Source of the DNA: an uncultured Solirubrobacterales bacterium
GTDB taxonomy: Bacteria; Actinomycetota; Thermoleophilia; Solirubrobacterales; 70-9
Assembly: GCA_963745305.1 (NCBI GenBank)
Contig: CAVUWL010000001.1
Coordinates: forward strand, 32,278 to 96,277
DNA: 64,000 bases
Reading direction: 5' to 3'
The position numbers and the translations under genes were made by a program. The notes under the pieces were generated by a model, which did not search any database, was not told the DNA's origin, and saw only the letters and a program-made list of their open reading frames with translations. Below are positions 61,766-64,000 of the stretch, one piece after another; the stretch's first letter is position 1, and every line of letters begins with the position of its first letter.

Positions 61766-61881
61766 GCGCCACCACGGGAATGCGGTGGTTGAGGTATTCT
61801 GCTGCCCCGCCGGAGGCTTTCGGTTCAAGCGTGGCAAGGACGCCACACCGCGCAAGGTCCGGAGTTGCAGCAAGTTGCTGA

Positions 61882-64000
61882 TTGCCAGTATTCTTCATCC
61901 TGGCGATCAACACTGCGCCATCCGGAGCAGCGGAGCCAATCACCTCCTTCAAGACCACCCTGATCGAAGCGAATGCCTTCGGCGAATCCGGCAAGGTCTT
62001 TTCAGGGGTGATCAAGAGTGCTCCCAGCCACCAGAGCTTCACGATTGAAACGCCCAGCGGGTCGATCGACACGGTCGTCGCTTTCCCAACCACGAAAATC
62101 AGCGGCCACGGTTTCTCGGAACTCTCACTAAGCAGCCTGCAAAGCGGGGAATCGGTCGTGGTTTTGGGATCCCTCTCAGGCGCCGGTGCGATCATAAACG
62201 CCGCACGGATCTTCGTCGAACCGAAACCGGGAGAATTGACGGTTCCGAGCCTCGAATTCGTCACGGAAGGCGTCGTCCAGGCCGCACCCAGCGGGGAAAG
62301 CTTCACGATCGAAACTGGCGGCGGATCGATCGACACGGTCGACGTCTCTACCTCGACCACATATAGCAGGGCAGGCCGGTGCCAGGCATCCCGCAGCCGA
62401 GCTTGGGCGATGTCAGAAACGCCGATTTCGTGGGGATCTCCGGAACCATCTCAGGCACGACTGTGACAGCGACTCACGTTGTTATCGCTACCCCTCAAGC
62501 CGGCGGTCACCCCGACCTTAAAACCTCCTTCGCGCTCAAAGACCCCGGCGCGCCCGAAGCGGCTAGGAACATCATCTTCAACGCGCCCACCGGAGTCTTC
62601 GGCAACCCCCGCGCGATCACCCAGTGCCTCCTCGCCAGCTTTGCCCTCAATGAATGCCCACCCAACTCCCAGGCCGGCCTGATCACGATCCATGCCAACT
62701 ACGCGGGCAACCCCGATTACCTCCTCGGCACCGCCCCGATCTTCTCCATCGCTCCCGAAGAAGGAGAAACCGCGCGCTTCTCTTTCATCGTCCCCGTTCT
62801 GGACATCCCGATCACAATCCCCGTGACGGTCCGCACCGCCACCGACTACGGCCTGCGTTTCACCGTCTCCGACATCGCCGAGCTCGCCCCTCTCGCAGAA
62901 GCCAAGCTGACCTTCTGGGGCTTCCCGGCCGACGACAAGCCATGATGCCGAACGCTTCCCGATCGGCACCCCCGGCAACCCGACCGGCTGTGCCCACGAA
63001 GTTGGCACCGGCTGCATCGCCGAACCGACTTCGGACAGCATCGTGCCCCAGCCCCTACTGGACAACCCGACGGTCTGCACGGGCAATGAACCCACCAGCC
63101 TGCTCGAAGTGCAAACCTACGGGGACCCCACGCACCCCTCCGAAGATAGTGCCACCTACCCCCCGATCGAAGGCTGCGAGAGAGAGGTCTTCAAACCGGT
63201 CCTCCAGGCCTCTCCCACCACCACCCAGACCGACTCCGCCTCGGGCCTCAACGTCGACCTCAAAACTCCGCAGTTCCTCACCTTCGCAGCCGAGCCCTCA
63301 GAGATCAAAGCTGCCGACGTCACCCTGCCCGAAGGGTTTCACGATCAACCCGGACGCCGCCGACGGGCAGACCGCCTGCAGCGAGGCCCAAGCCAACTTC
63401 GAATCCGAAGGCCCCGCCGAATGTCCCGATCAGTCCAAGATCGGCACCTTCTCGATCGGCACCCCTGCTCTGCCTGAACGTCTCGAAGGCTCCGTCTACC
63501 TCGGCGAACCGAAACCCGGCGACCAGTACCGCCTATTCATGATCGCCTCGGGGTTCGGTATGAACATCAAGCTCGATCGGCTCGGTCAGACCCAACCCGG
63601 TGACCGGCCAGCTCACCGCCGAATTCCCAAACCTGCCCCAGGCACCCTTCGAAGACTTCCAGCTGCACCTCTTTTCCGGCGAACGGGCGCTGATGGCAAC
63701 CCCGACGTCGTGCACGATCTACACAGTGAACGGCGAGTTCTACCCTTGGAACGCGACTCAGCCCGAACAGAGTTCAAGCCAGATCTTCGGCCTCGAATCA
63801 GGTCCCCACGGCAGCGAATGCCCCGGCCCAGATCCGTCCCTTCAAACCAAGTTTGGAAGCCGGCACCACCAACGCCACCGCCAACGCCTTTAGCTCCTTC
63901 AGCCTCAAGCTAAGCCGCGAAGACGGAGATCAGAATCTCGGCCACATCAATTTCACCATGCCTCCCGGCCTGACCGCCAACCTGCACGGGATTACTTACT
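61882..64000 (+). pseudogene. QAGGHPD-motif secreted protein, type B (unit 2), frameshifted, runs off the window
   Basis: AEPITSFKTTLIEA plus DUF5666-like repeats (GVIKSAPSHQSFTIETPSGSIDTVVAF; GVVQAAPSGESFTIETGGGSIDTVDV). PQAGGHPDLKTSF (62496..62516). VFGNPRAITQC. NECPPNSQAGLITIHANYAGNPDYLLGTAPIF. Premature TGA at 62943. Later blocks lie in ORFs 63043.., 62654.., 63600.. (LPEGF, GEPKPGDQYRLFMIASGFGMNIKL, FPNLPQAPFEDFQLHLFSGERALMATP). An in-frame TGA directly precedes 61882 inside the signal-peptide-like region. Confidence 0.75.

Overview
High-GC, Actinomycetota-like window (the taxon is a guess from composition and protein types) with two distinct parts. (1) 1-13.4 kb is the end of a conjugative/integrative element. 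It carries a MobF/TraA-type relaxase-helicase, an ECF-type sigma factor, an HNH-recA operon, ssb, a tyrosinase with a DUF2182-like membrane protein, and a tandem pair of large serine recombinases. The relaxase, sigma factor, recA and tyrosinase frames are all interrupted by frameshifts. (2) 13.6-64 kb holds two tandem, anciently duplicated super-cassettes of about 29 kb with the same gene order. That order is: divergent double-domain TetR regulator | InlB-B-repeat secreted protein | giant NHL/FN3-like/PD40 beta-propeller protein 1 | ~1000-aa secreted protein with an invariant QAGGHPD motif (type A) | giant beta-propeller protein 2 | QAGGHPD protein type B with DUF5666-like N-terminal repeats. 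Most of these otherwise unrelated proteins end in a Lys/Arg/His-rich tail, and three carry a Cys-bracketed FVKK-G-C-V mini-motif; I cannot assign this to any known sorting signal. Two 1956-nt copies of one group II intron sit in the tail-coding codons of two different giant genes. Uninterrupted paralogs in the window pin the intron borders, and the intron 5' end encodes an in-frame substitute basic tail plus a stop codon. Unit 1 also carries short dispersed intergenic repeats and a 1.5-kb repeat-rich leader. Paralogs form a mosaic of intact genes (6.4-kb, 3.0-kb and 2.4-kb ORFs) and heavily frameshifted ones. This uneven pattern argues against purely random sequencing error, but read-level checking is needed. 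No rRNA, tRNA or CRISPR array was found.
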